Part shown: positions 36,070-44,847 of the stretch, in pieces
How positions within the stretch are numbered: the stretch's first letter is position 1
How the letters are laid out: the number at the start of each line of letters is the position of its first letter
Assembly (NCBI GenBank): GCA_025965775.1
Contig: JAOPWG010000163.1
Location: 1 to 48,149, forward strand
Length of the DNA stretch: 48,149 bases
Reading direction: 5' to 3'
DNA from: Modestobacter sp.
Lineage (GTDB): Bacteria > Actinomycetota > Actinomycetes > Mycobacteriales > Geodermatophilaceae
The notes under the pieces: model-generated
Told to the model about the DNA's origin: nothing
Database searches by the model: none
What the model saw: the letters and a program-made list of their open reading frames with translations, nothing else
Position numbers and translations under genes: made by a program

Positions 36070-36339
36070 ATGTCCGACCTGCCGAACGGGACGAGCTCCG
36101 GACAGGAGTTGCCGCACCCTCACCCGGGCACGGCGACGAAGGACCGGAACACGACCGAACAACTGACGGACGCGCTCACCACGCCGCTGGTGGTGGCGCA
36201 GCGCGTGCTCCCGGACAGCCCCGTCCCGGTCGTACTGGGTGCCGGCGCCCTGGCGCTGATCGGCCTCATCGAGTGGCCCGTTGCTGCCGCGATCGGGCTG
36301 GGGTACGTCGCCCTGCGTCGTTGGCATCCCGCGCAGTGA
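36070..36339 (+). CDS. Small membrane protein with EWP motif
   Basis: SD AGGAGG; LGAGALALIGLIEWPVAAAIGLGYVALRRW. Confidence 0.75.
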   Translation: MSDLPNGTSSGQELPHPHPGTATKDRNTTEQLTDALTTPLVVAQRVLPDSPVPVVLGAGALALIGLIEWPVAAAIGLGYVALRRWHPAQ

Positions 36340-36376
36340 CGAGCGACACGCACGGCCCCGTCACCGGCGCATGACC

Positions 36377-36481
36377 TCAGGCCGGCCTGCGCACCGCGAC
36401 GCGCCTCACGGCCGCCATCACCAGAGCGAGCAGCGCGGCGCCCAGCGCCTCGGTCAGAACCGCGAGCAGGAGCTCGGACAT
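36377..36481 (-). CDS. 34-aa hydrophobic small protein
   Basis: SD GGAGG; MSELLLAVLTEALGAALLALVMAAVRRVAVRRPA. Confidence 0.6.
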   Translation of the reverse strand: MSELLLAVLTEALGAALLALVMAAVRRVAVRRPA

Positions 36482-36730
36482 CTCATTTCCTCCACATGAT
36501 CCCGACGGGATGATCCCGACGAGAAACCCATGGTCGAGCTCGCCGGCGTCAGGAAGCTGCACACCGCGTGGCCCGTCGGTGAACGACTGGCCACCGTTGA
36601 CGGTCGACCATGACCTGGGCGGCAGAAATCCTCCCGCACTCCTGGTGGTCCCCCCGGTGATCGGAGGACCATGGGGCCAGTGGGCCCGGCGGGATCACGC
36701 GGCGGGATCCACTCGTCCACGGAGGTCCGG

Positions 36731-37231
36731 ATGCCCCGTTCCACCAGGCGCACCCCGACGGACAGGCCCGGCGGCAGTGACCCGCACGTCGAGCCGCACG
36801 GCGACGAGCCCATCGTGCGGGACGAGCCCGCCGGCGCCGGGCCGCGGTCGCGCCAGCAGGACGAGCGCACGACCATGACCCTGCGGCTGCCGTTCATGAC
36901 GCTGTCGGTCAGCCGGCCGCCCCAGGATCCGGCTCCGGGTGCCGGGGAGCCGGCCCACCGAGGAATGCCCGGGACCGCTGGGGCCCAGGCCGGCAGGCCG
37001 GGCAGCGGCGAGCAGCTGCTGTTCTACGCAGGAGTCGCTGCACTGGGTGCCGCCGGTGTCCTCGAGTGGCCGGTCGCAGCGGCCATCGCCGCGGGCACCT
37101 ACATCGCCACCAAGACCCGCCCGACACCGCCGGCGGCGACCGGAGCTACCGGGCACACCCGGTCCGGGGTCGCTGCACCGACGGAGGTCGCCGGCGCCCG
37201 GGGCGAGGTGAGCACGCCCTCGGACGCCTGA
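36731..37231 (+). CDS. Membrane protein with EWP motif
   Basis: SD GGAGG; LRLPF...LLFYAGVAALGAAGVLEWPVAAAIAAGTYIA. Confidence 0.75.
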   Translation: MPRSTRRTPTDRPGGSDPHVEPHGDEPIVRDEPAGAGPRSRQQDERTTMTLRLPFMTLSVSRPPQDPAPGAGEPAHRGMPGTAGAQAGRPGSGEQLLFYAGVAALGAAGVLEWPVAAAIAAGTYIATKTRPTPPAATGATGHTRSGVAAPTEVAGARGEVSTPSDA

Positions 37232-37322
37232 CCCCGCGCGTCCCCGCCGTCTGCGGTCCCGCAGGCGCCAGGAATGCGTTTCGACCCTGCCCAGGGGACG
37301 TCCACGGGAGGACAATCCACGG

Positions 37323-37508
37323 ATGGCCCTACACGGAATGCTCACCCACTCCACGGTCGCGAACGCCGTCGGAACAGCTCAGGAGATCGAGGCCCGCGGG
37401 TTCCTCCGAGGCGTCGGGAAACTCATCTTGATCATCATCGTGGTCCTGGTGATCCTCGGCGTCGTCCTGGGAGTGTCGCTGTCGAGGTTCGTCAACCGTC
37501 GGCGGTGA
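37323..37508 (+). CDS. Small single-TM protein
   Basis: SD GGAGG upstream; KLILIIIVVLVILGVVLGVSLSRFVNRRR. Confidence 0.6.
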   Translation: MALHGMLTHSTVANAVGTAQEIEARGFLRGVGKLILIIIVVLVILGVVLGVSLSRFVNRRR

Positions 37509-37642
37509 CGGCCGACGGAGAGCCTCCGTCGTAGTGCGCCGTCCACATCACGTCGCCCATCCAGCCCGGTGGTGGGCGATCGACGGTTGATCGCCGCCGG
37601 CCGCGTCCGCGACCTCGACGTCGACCTCGACCGAGGGGGGTC

Positions 37643-38206
37643 ATGATGACCCAGACCGCCGACGCGCGGCTGACCTGGTCTCGCGAACTGCTCGAGGAGA
37701 TCGGCCCGGTCTGGCATCACCTCACACTCCCCCTGCACGTGCCCGCTCGCGTCGCCGCCCTGCTGCACCGGGAGACGTTGAGATTCGTGGACAGCAGGAT
37801 CGACGTCGACAGGAACCTGATCGCGCACGGCCAGGTCATCGTCTGGACGGACCGTCACGTCGCGGCCATCCACCTGAGCAAGGTGGGCCTCGACGATCCC
37901 ACCGACTCGCGGTCCCCCGCGGAGAAATATGAGTACGCGGACGTGACGGTCACCGTGCTCCCCCGGAGCGCCCTCCGGAAGGTGGTGATCGAGGGCCCCG
38001 GCCCCTCCGTGCGGGAAGTGTCGATCAACAGCGGCTCGGTCTGGCACGGTACGCCGGGGGGCGGGGGCTGGTCATGGCCCCCGCTCGGTCAGCTCTCCCT
38101 GTACTACAAGGGGCTGGATGGTCGGTTGCTGGTGCCGGCCAACGGGCGAGCGTCGGCCGGGTTCGACGCCCTCGTGGACGAACTGATGTCAGATCTGCCG
38201 TCGTAG
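37643..38206 (+). CDS. Hypothetical protein (187 aa)
   Basis: SD GAGGGGG, globular composition, no motif recognised. Confidence 0.7.
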   Translation: MMTQTADARLTWSRELLEEIGPVWHHLTLPLHVPARVAALLHRETLRFVDSRIDVDRNLIAHGQVIVWTDRHVAAIHLSKVGLDDPTDSRSPAEKYEYADVTVTVLPRSALRKVVIEGPGPSVREVSINSGSVWHGTPGGGGWSWPPLGQLSLYYKGLDGRLLVPANGRASAGFDALVDELMSDLPS

Positions 38207-38401
38207 ACCGCACCGCGGCCGATGACGCCGTCAACGCCCGGCCCAGATCGGTCGGCGCGGCCAGGCCCATGGGCAGCACAGGAGAGGACCTAGGGACCTA
38301 CCACACAGTGCCAGCCGCCCTGTCATAGCGGTCGCGAAGAGGATCGGATGGCCATGGTGCTCAAACAGTCATGCACCTCGGCCCCGCACCTCGAGGGCAC
38401 C

Positions 38402-38875
38402 ATGACAGCGAATCCTGTCGCCCCGTCCACCCACACCCGAATCCGAGCCTCCGGCGGACTGTCGGCCGGACTGCTCCTCCTGCGGGTGGCTGTGGGCTGC
38501 GTACTGCTCGAGCACGGCCTGCCCAAGCTTGCCCATCCGTCTGCCTTCATCGACACGGTCGGCCGCCTCGGGGTGCCCCTGCACCACGTGGCCGGCTGGC
38601 TGGAGATCCTCGGCGAGCTCGGCCTCGGCTGCCTGGTTCTGGTGGGGCTGCTCACGCGGGTCGCCGGCGTCCTCGTGGCCATCATGATGGGGCTGGTCTG
38701 GGGTGTGGTCCACCTGCCCCACGGCTGGTCCCCGAGCGGGGGCTTCGGCGGGGAGACAGCCCTGTTGCTCGCCGTCCTGGGGCTCGTCCTGGCCCTGACC
38801 GGGGCCGGCGCCTGGTCCCTGGACGGGGTCCTCGCCAGCCGCCGGCGGAGTGCCGGCGACGGCGACAGTCGGTGA
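38402..38875 (+). CDS. DoxX family membrane protein
   Basis: GLLLLRVAVG...HGLPKL...E....G..VLVGLLTR...GAGAWSLD. Confidence 0.9.
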   Translation: MTANPVAPSTHTRIRASGGLSAGLLLLRVAVGCVLLEHGLPKLAHPSAFIDTVGRLGVPLHHVAGWLEILGELGLGCLVLVGLLTRVAGVLVAIMMGLVWGVVHLPHGWSPSGGFGGETALLLAVLGLVLALTGAGAWSLDGVLASRRRSAGDGDSR

Positions 38876-38948
38876 CCCTGGTCCGGTCGCGGGGCCGGAC
38901 CCGATCCAGGGGGCGTCGCCGGAGCCCCGCTGTCACCGACAGCGTCCC

Positions 38949-39362
38949 TCAGGACACCTGGATGGTGCGTTGCATGCCCCGTTCGCGGTGGCCGTCGATG
39001 CTGCAGTAGAAGACGTACGTGCCGCGCTGCAGCGTCACCGACAGAGACGCGGAGCCGCCCGGCGGGATGGTGGGGGAGGTCGCCACGTCCCGGCCGTTCT
39101 GCGACACCACGAGGTCGTGCGTGGCGGCGCCGGTGTTCCGGATGGCGAACGTGTAGCTGCCCGCTGCCAGTGTCTGGGGCATGGTGATGGAGAACTCGGT
39201 CTCGGTGACGCTGACCTGCGTGGCCGCGGGAGCCACTCCGTCGGCGGTTGCGGCGTGGGCACCTCCCGAGCAGGCCGCGAGGGCCCCGAGGGACACCGCC
39301 AGGAGCAGCGCGCCGAGGCCGCGACGCAGGGACGGGCGAAGAACGCCGGTGAGGACGGACAT
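38949..39362 (-). CDS. Cupredoxin (plastocyanin/azurin-like) lipoprotein
   Basis: Lipobox LAAC; type-1 Cu ligands THDL and FYCSIDGHRERGM (C-x4-H-x4-M). Confidence 0.88.
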   Translation of the reverse strand: MSVLTGVLRPSLRRGLGALLLAVSLGALAACSGGAHAATADGVAPAATQVSVTETEFSITMPQTLAAGSYTFAIRNTGAATHDLVVSQNGRDVATSPTIPPGGSASLSVTLQRGTYVFYCSIDGHRERGMQRTIQVS

Positions 39363-39508
39363 TGCCATCTCCTTGAAGGCTGCTGCCGCCGGCCCGCCCG
39401 GACGGCGGGCAACAGGGCTGACGACGATGGTCCTGCGTTGTCACACCTGGCGGAAGGCCCTCGGGCACAGCGCGGATCGGTCATTCGGTCGCCGCACGAC
39501 GTCGGCGG

Positions 39509-40771
39509 CTACCTGCGTGCGTAGTGCTCGATGTCCTCGGCGAACTCGCTCAGCATGCTCGGTGTCAGCGTCGGGCGGACGTCGGCGATGGCTGCCAGGA
39601 AATCCTGCGTCGAGGCACGGCACCGGTGTCCGGCGTCCATCGTGTGCTCGAACGTCTGCTGCGCAACGGTACGGGCGGTGTGCTCCACGTCGGCGGGTGT
39701 GAAGCCGTCAGTGGCCTGCACCAGTACGTCGACGTCGACGCCGTCATCGATGAGATAGCGCTGCCAGAGAGCATGCCGGGCGGCGGCGTCGGGGGTGCCG
39801 ATGGGCAGGACATAGTCGAACCGGCCGTGTCGGAGAAATGCGGCGTCGAGGACCCGCACCGAATTGGTGGCGCAGACGAGCAGCCGGCCCGGCCGTTCGC
39901 GGAAGGTCACCAGCGACTTGAGAAGCTCGTTGACCACGGCGACGGAGGCTGTGCCCGGGCGGCGGGCCGCAGCGATCTCCTCCACCTCGTCGATGAAGAC
40001 CAGCACGTGCTCGAGCCCGTCGATACGACCGAACACCTCGTTCAGACCGCTGGCCAATCCGGCTTCGGACGTTGCCAGCCTCGATGGGAAGAGCTCGACG
40101 AACGGCCAGCCGAGGCGACCCGCGGTAGCGCGAGCGAAGGTCGTCTTGCCCGTGCCCGGCGGCCCGAAGAGCACCACTGCGCTGGGCGGTCGCACGCCGT
40201 GTTCGGCCGCCACCTCAGGATGCGAGAGCGGCAGCACGACGCGGCGTTCGATGAGGGTCTTCTCGGTGGTCATCCCAGCGATGCGATCCCACAGCCCGGC
40301 AGGGGGGACCGCCCCGCCCAGCGAGATGAGCACAGTCGCCGACCGCGGCGACACGGTCTCGGTCTTCTCGTAGTAGGTCAGACCGGCGCGCGGTCGGAAC
40401 CCGGAGTTCGCGAACGCCACGCTGCCTGTCTCACCTCCGGGCAGCAGTGCGCTGATACGCGAGACACCCGCGCTGAGCAACCGGCGCCCGAGCTCGGAGA
40501 GCAATGCACTGCCGAGTCCCTTGCCTCGCCACTGCGGCGACAAGGCAAAACGCACCACCCAAGCTCGATCAACGTCGACCCGGCTCACGGCGACGCCGAC
40601 CAACTCGCCCGCGGCGAGCGCCACGATGGCCGGGCAACGGCCCAGGCATTCGATCACGTCCGCGAGGTTGAACACCGGGGCCTGGTCGGTCGTTCTCGAC
40701 TCGGCGTCGAGCCGGACGATGGCCTCGAGATCAGCCGACTCGAAATCGCGGAGGTGCCAGGTCACGCTCAC
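39509..40771 (-). CDS. GNAT acetyltransferase fused to an AAA+ ATPase
   Basis: WRGKGLGSALL (AcCoA motif A); GPPGTGKT, VFIDEVE, ATNS..LDAAFLRHGRFD; SD AGGAGG before GTG 40771. Confidence 0.88.
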   Translation of the reverse strand: MSVTWHLRDFESADLEAIVRLDAESRTTDQAPVFNLADVIECLGRCPAIVALAAGELVGVAVSRVDVDRAWVVRFALSPQWRGKGLGSALLSELGRRLLSAGVSRISALLPGGETGSVAFANSGFRPRAGLTYYEKTETVSPRSATVLISLGGAVPPAGLWDRIAGMTTEKTLIERRVVLPLSHPEVAAEHGVRPPSAVVLFGPPGTGKTTFARATAGRLGWPFVELFPSRLATSEAGLASGLNEVFGRIDGLEHVLVFIDEVEEIAAARRPGTASVAVVNELLKSLVTFRERPGRLLVCATNSVRVLDAAFLRHGRFDYVLPIGTPDAAARHALWQRYLIDDGVDVDVLVQATDGFTPADVEHTARTVAQQTFEHTMDAGHRCRASTQDFLAAIADVRPTLTPSMLSEFAEDIEHYARR

Positions 40772-40967
40772 GGTGCCTCCTGCAGGTGTCCGGGACATGG
40801 TCCCTCGCACGTCCCCGAACCGCACGCAGCGCGCACGCCGAGTCCCGTGGTCGGGACCTGGCGCGGCTGCCCACCGGCGAACCGGCATGGACGGCTGTTC
40901 GTCGCCGGGCGCCACCGCGCGCGGACAGGGGCGCTGTGGACTTGGCGGGGTCTGCGCTTACATGCAT

Positions 40968-40992
40968 GCATGACTGCTTGCTGACGGGGTAT
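40968..40992 (+). promoter_or_regulatory. Putative SigB/SigF-family promoter
   Basis: GCAT-N15-GGGTAT fits the actinobacterial GNNT-N14-16-GGGTAY consensus; 43 bp before ATG 41036. Confidence 0.5.
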
Positions 40993-41035
40993 CCGCAGCG
41001 GGCGGATTCCTCCGCACCCTTCTCAGGAGGTCGTC

Positions 41036-41200
41036 ATGATCTTGCTGATCGTCGCCGCTGTCTTCTTCGTCCTGTGGCTACTGGGCTTCTTGGCCTTCCA
41101 CGTCACGGTCTTCGCCATCCACCTGCTGCTGATCGCAGCGGTCATCGCTCTGGTCGCCCACTTCGTCGGGGGTCGGCGATCCGGGCGAACTCGAGTCTGA
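41036..41200 (+). CDS. lmo0937/DUF5670-like small membrane protein (54 aa, not in ORF track)
   Basis: SD AGGAGG; MILLIVAAVFFVLWLLGFLAFHVTVFAIHLLLIAAVIALVAHFVGGRRSGRTRV. Confidence 0.85.
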   Translation: MILLIVAAVFFVLWLLGFLAFHVTVFAIHLLLIAAVIALVAHFVGGRRSGRTRV

Positions 41201-41207
41201 ACCCCTC

Positions 41208-41251
41208 GCCGTGGACGCCCGGGAACGTTTCTCTGCCCGGGCGTCCACGGC
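41208..41251 (+). terminator. 16-bp stem-loop terminator
   Basis: GCCGTGGACGCCCGGG-N12-CCCGGGCGTCCACGGC, 7 bp after the stop codon. Confidence 0.7.
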
Positions 41252-41327
41252 CTGGCGCCGGCCGACACGCCGGCATGCATGCACCCGGAGTCAGGGCGGC
41301 ACCCGATCGGTGAGGAGGCACAGGCGC

Positions 41328-41507
41328 ATGACCGCCCGCGAGCCGACCTCCCAGGCGGACGTCGACACGATCGCGATGCTCTCGACCCGCGTACAGCCCG
41401 AACTACGCAAGCGTCTCAAGCGCTATTCCGTCGAGTCGGGCAAGTCCATGCAGGAGATCGTCGAAACTGCGATCACGCGCTACCTGGATGCCGAGGAACG
41501 AGCCTGA
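41328..41507 (+). CDS. Ribbon-helix-helix (CopG/ParG-like) DNA-binding protein
   Basis: SD AGGAGG; MLSTRV strand, PELRKRLKRYS helix, GKSMQEIVETAITRYL helix. Confidence 0.8.
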   Translation: MTAREPTSQADVDTIAMLSTRVQPELRKRLKRYSVESGKSMQEIVETAITRYLDAEERA

Positions 41508-41740
41508 CCCGGCACTCCGAGGCGCGCTCATGACCCACGGAGCTCCCGGCGGCACTGGCCGGAAGAGCACCTGCGCGGAGCACCTGCGGGAGCACTCCGA
41601 GCTCGCAGTGACACTCCCCCACCGGTTCAGGTCTGCTCACCCGACGACGTCAGGCGCCTCGCCTGGTTGCGCGGCGGACCGACCGTGAGGAGACTGCGGT
41701 CCATCCCGACCGGCGCACTGGCGGAAGTGGGTGGGCCGAC

Positions 41741-42283
41741 ATGGCCCTGGGCAACCTGAGTGAGCTCGACACGTTCAAGGTGTCGCCCTTCCCCACCGGC
41801 TACCCGACGAACGCCCGCACCTTCTACAGCCCGGTCGACGACATCCACAAGGCCCTGGTCGCACTGCTGCGGTCCGCGACGCGCAGTGTCGTGGTGAGCA
41901 TGTACGGCTACGACGACACCGAGCTGAACAAGGTGCTGCGCGACAAGCTGACCAACGAGCACATCTTCGTGCAGCTGACGCTGGACAGCAGCCAGGCCGC
42001 CGGCCGGGCCGAGAAACCACTACTCGCCGAGTGGCTCAACGATGGCCCTGGCAACAGCATCGCGATCGGGCGCAGCGAGAAGGGCGCGATCATGCACCTG
42101 AAGCTGGCCCTCGTGGACGGGCTCGACCTGATCACCGGCAGCACCAACTGGTCGACAGGTGGCGAGACCAAGCAGGACAACCAGCTGACAGTCATCCGGG
42201 ACCCACTCGTGGCCGCCGAGGCCAGGGCCCGAGTGGACATCATCCACGACTCGATGCTCAAGCAGATGGCCGCCGCGCGCTGA
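41741..42283 (+). CDS. Single-HKD phospholipase D/Nuc-like protein
   Basis: MHLKLALVD (HxKxxxxD), TGSTNWS, QDN; no signal peptide. Confidence 0.87.
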   Translation: MALGNLSELDTFKVSPFPTGYPTNARTFYSPVDDIHKALVALLRSATRSVVVSMYGYDDTELNKVLRDKLTNEHIFVQLTLDSSQAAGRAEKPLLAEWLNDGPGNSIAIGRSEKGAIMHLKLALVDGLDLITGSTNWSTGGETKQDNQLTVIRDPLVAAEARARVDIIHDSMLKQMAAAR

Positions 42284-42571
42284 ACTGCGCGGTTCGGCTG
42301 CGCCTGGCCGACGTCACCTCCCCTGTGGGACGCCCCAGCTCCTTCCGTGTGGTTCGTCCTCAGCGTCGCAGGACAGGTCACGCTCGAGGTTCCGGTGGCC
42401 ACGTCCAGCCCACCGTGGGGTGAGTCCGGCCGCGGGTGGCCGGTGGCACGCGTCCACGTGTCCACGTGTCCACCGGGGACAGTGCTTGATTGGCCTCCTC
42501 GTTGCGAGCAGGCTGGGACACCGGTAGGCGTCTGGTGAGGCGGCGGCGGAGCTGCTGCCGGGGCGGAGGTC

Positions 42572-44743
42572 CTGACGACTGTCGGCCTGAGCGAGTGGAT
42601 CGCCGGGGAGCAGGCCGCGCTGCGCCGGGTGGCGACGCTGGTGGCCCGGGCGGCGCCGCCGGCGGCGGTGTTCGCTGCGGTCACCGCGGAGGTCGGGCGG
42701 GTGCTGTCTGCCGACGTCACGCTCATGAGCCGGTACGACCCGGACGGCGTGGCCACGGTCGTCGGCGCGTGGAGCAGCACCGGCGCCGCCGCGCCGACCC
42801 CCATCGGCAGCCGATTCGAGCTCGGCGGGAGGAACGTGCACACGCTGGTGCGCGAGACCCGCCGGCCGGCGCGCGTGGTGCGCGCCGACGCCTCGGGCGC
42901 CGCCGCCGAGGTCTTCCGCCTGTTGGGTATCCGCTCGTGTGTCGGCGTGCCGATCAGCGTCGAGGGCCGGCTGTGGGGCGTGATGAGCGTGGTGTCCACC
43001 CGCGACGAGCCGCTGCCGGCGGACACGGAGGTTCAGCTGGCGGGCTTCACGGAGCTGGTCGCCACCGCGATCGCCAACGCGCAGGCGCGGGTGGAGCTGC
43101 GCGGGTTCGCCGAGGAGCAGGCCGCGCTGCGGAGGGTGGCGACACTGGTCGCTCGGGCGGCCCCGGCGGAGGAGGTGTTCGCCGCGGTCGCCGCGGAGAT
43201 CGGGCAGGTGGTCTCCGCCGACATGACAGTCCTGGCCCGGTACGACCAGGACGGCGCAGAGACGACCGTCGGCGTGTGGAGCAGCACCGGCGCCTTGCCC
43301 GTCCCCACCGGCACGCGGGTACGCCTCGGCGGGCGGAACGTGGTGTCGCTGGTGTTCGAGACTGGCCGGCCGGCGAGAATCGACGACTACGCCGAGGTCT
43401 CGGGCTCGGTCGGTGACATCGCCCGCGGCGTGGGCATCCGGGCGTCGGTCGGCGTGCCGATCAGCGTCGAGGGCCGGCCGTGGGGCGTCGTGATCGCGGC
43501 CTCCGGAGGCGCGCTGCTGCCGGCGGAGACCGAGTCGCGGCTGGCCGGCTTCACCGAGCTGGTCGCCACCGCGATCGCCAACGCGCAGGCGCGCATGGAG
43601 CTGCGGGGCTACGCCGACGAGCAGGCGGCGCTGCGGCGGGTGGCGACACTGGTTGCCCGGGCGGCGCCGCCGGAGGAGGTGTTCGCCGCGGTCACCGCCG
43701 AGGTCGGGCGGCTGCTGTCGGTCGACCTGGCGCTCCTGAACCGCTACGACCCGGATGGCACGGCCACGGCCGTTGCCCCGTGGAGCAGCACCGACGACGC
43801 CGTGCCGTTCCCTGTCGGCACCCGGTGGTGCCTCGGCGGACGGAACGTGACCACCCTGGTGTTCGAGACGGGCCGGGCAGCGCGGATCGACGACTACGCC
43901 GACGCGACGGGCTCGGCCGCCGACCTCACCCGCGAGCAGGGCATCCGCTCGATCGTCGGCGCGCCGATCAGCGTCGAGGGCCGGCTGTGGGGCTTCATGA
44001 GCGTGCTGTCCACGCGGGAGGAGCCGCTGCCGGCGGGCAGCGAGGCCCGACTGGCCGGTTTCACCGGGCTGGTCGCGACTGCGATCGCCAATGCCGAGAC
44101 CCAGTCCGCGCTGACCCAGTCGCGGGCGCGGATCGTGGCCACCGCCGACACCACCCGCCGCCGCATCGAGCGGGATCTGCACGACGGCGCCCAGCAACGC
44201 CTGGTCTCCCTCGCGATGCAGCTGCGCGCGGCCCAGGCGGTGCTGCCGCCCGAGGCCGGCGAGCTGGCGGCCCGGCTGGACCCGGTGGCCGCCGGGCTGA
44301 CCGGCGTCCTCGACGAGCTGCGCGAGATCGCTCGCGGAATTCACCCGGCGGTCCTCGCCGAGGGCGGACTGCGCCCGGCGCTCAAGGGGCTGGCCCGGCG
44401 CTCCGCCGTCCCCGTCCGCCTCGACGTCAGCGTCGACGGGCGGCTCCCCGAGCCGATCGAGCTCGCCGCCTACTACGTCGTCTGCGAGGCACTCACCAAT
44501 ACCGCCAAGCACGCCGCCGCCACCGTCATCGACGTCCAGGTCGCCGCCGACGCCGGGGTGTTGCGGGTCTGCGTCCGCGACGACGGCCGCGGCGGGGCCG
44601 ACCTCACCCGCGGCACCGGCCTCGTCGGCCTCACCGACCGCGTCGAGGCCCTCGGCGGCCACCTCTCGCTGCAGAGCCCACCCGGTGCGGGAACCACCAT
44701 GCAGATGGCACTACCCCTCACCCCTCGCAGCGGGCCGGGGTAG
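42572..44743 (+). CDS. Cytoplasmic sensor histidine kinase, 3x GAF + HisKA_3 + HATPase (start codon unresolved)
   Basis: Three EQAALRRVATLVA...ATAIANA units; ERDLHDGAQQRL, EALTNTAKHA, DDGRGG, GLVGL.DRV. Confidence 0.88.
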   Translation: MTTVGLSEWIAGEQAALRRVATLVARAAPPAAVFAAVTAEVGRVLSADVTLMSRYDPDGVATVVGAWSSTGAAAPTPIGSRFELGGRNVHTLVRETRRPARVVRADASGAAAEVFRLLGIRSCVGVPISVEGRLWGVMSVVSTRDEPLPADTEVQLAGFTELVATAIANAQARVELRGFAEEQAALRRVATLVARAAPAEEVFAAVAAEIGQVVSADMTVLARYDQDGAETTVGVWSSTGALPVPTGTRVRLGGRNVVSLVFETGRPARIDDYAEVSGSVGDIARGVGIRASVGVPISVEGRPWGVVIAASGGALLPAETESRLAGFTELVATAIANAQARMELRGYADEQAALRRVATLVARAAPPEEVFAAVTAEVGRLLSVDLALLNRYDPDGTATAVAPWSSTDDAVPFPVGTRWCLGGRNVTTLVFETGRAARIDDYADATGSAADLTREQGIRSIVGAPISVEGRLWGFMSVLSTREEPLPAGSEARLAGFTGLVATAIANAETQSALTQSRARIVATADTTRRRIERDLHDGAQQRLVSLAMQLRAAQAVLPPEAGELAARLDPVAAGLTGVLDELREIARGIHPAVLAEGGLRPALKGLARRSAVPVRLDVSVDGRLPEPIELAAYYVVCEALTNTAKHAAATVIDVQVAADAGVLRVCVRDDGRGGADLTRGTGLVGLTDRVEALGGHLSLQSPPGAGTTMQMALPLTPRSGPG
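42608..44098 (+). repeat. Three tandem ~505-bp GAF-coding repeats
   Basis: Units start at 42608, 43115 and 43619 and share long DNA stretches such as CCGATCAGCGTCGAGGGCCGG. Confidence 0.9.
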
Positions 44744-44847
44744 CCCGCCGGACCACTCGATGGATGCTGGACCCGAAAAGCCGGCTTCCCGGGTCGGTCC
44801 GGCTCTGACGTCCCCACCGACCCGGGAACGCAACGGCGCTCGGACGC

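Noticed and set aside
42452-42473. GTCCAC repeated at period 8 upstream of the GAF kinase
   Set aside because: Too short to separate from slippage or chance
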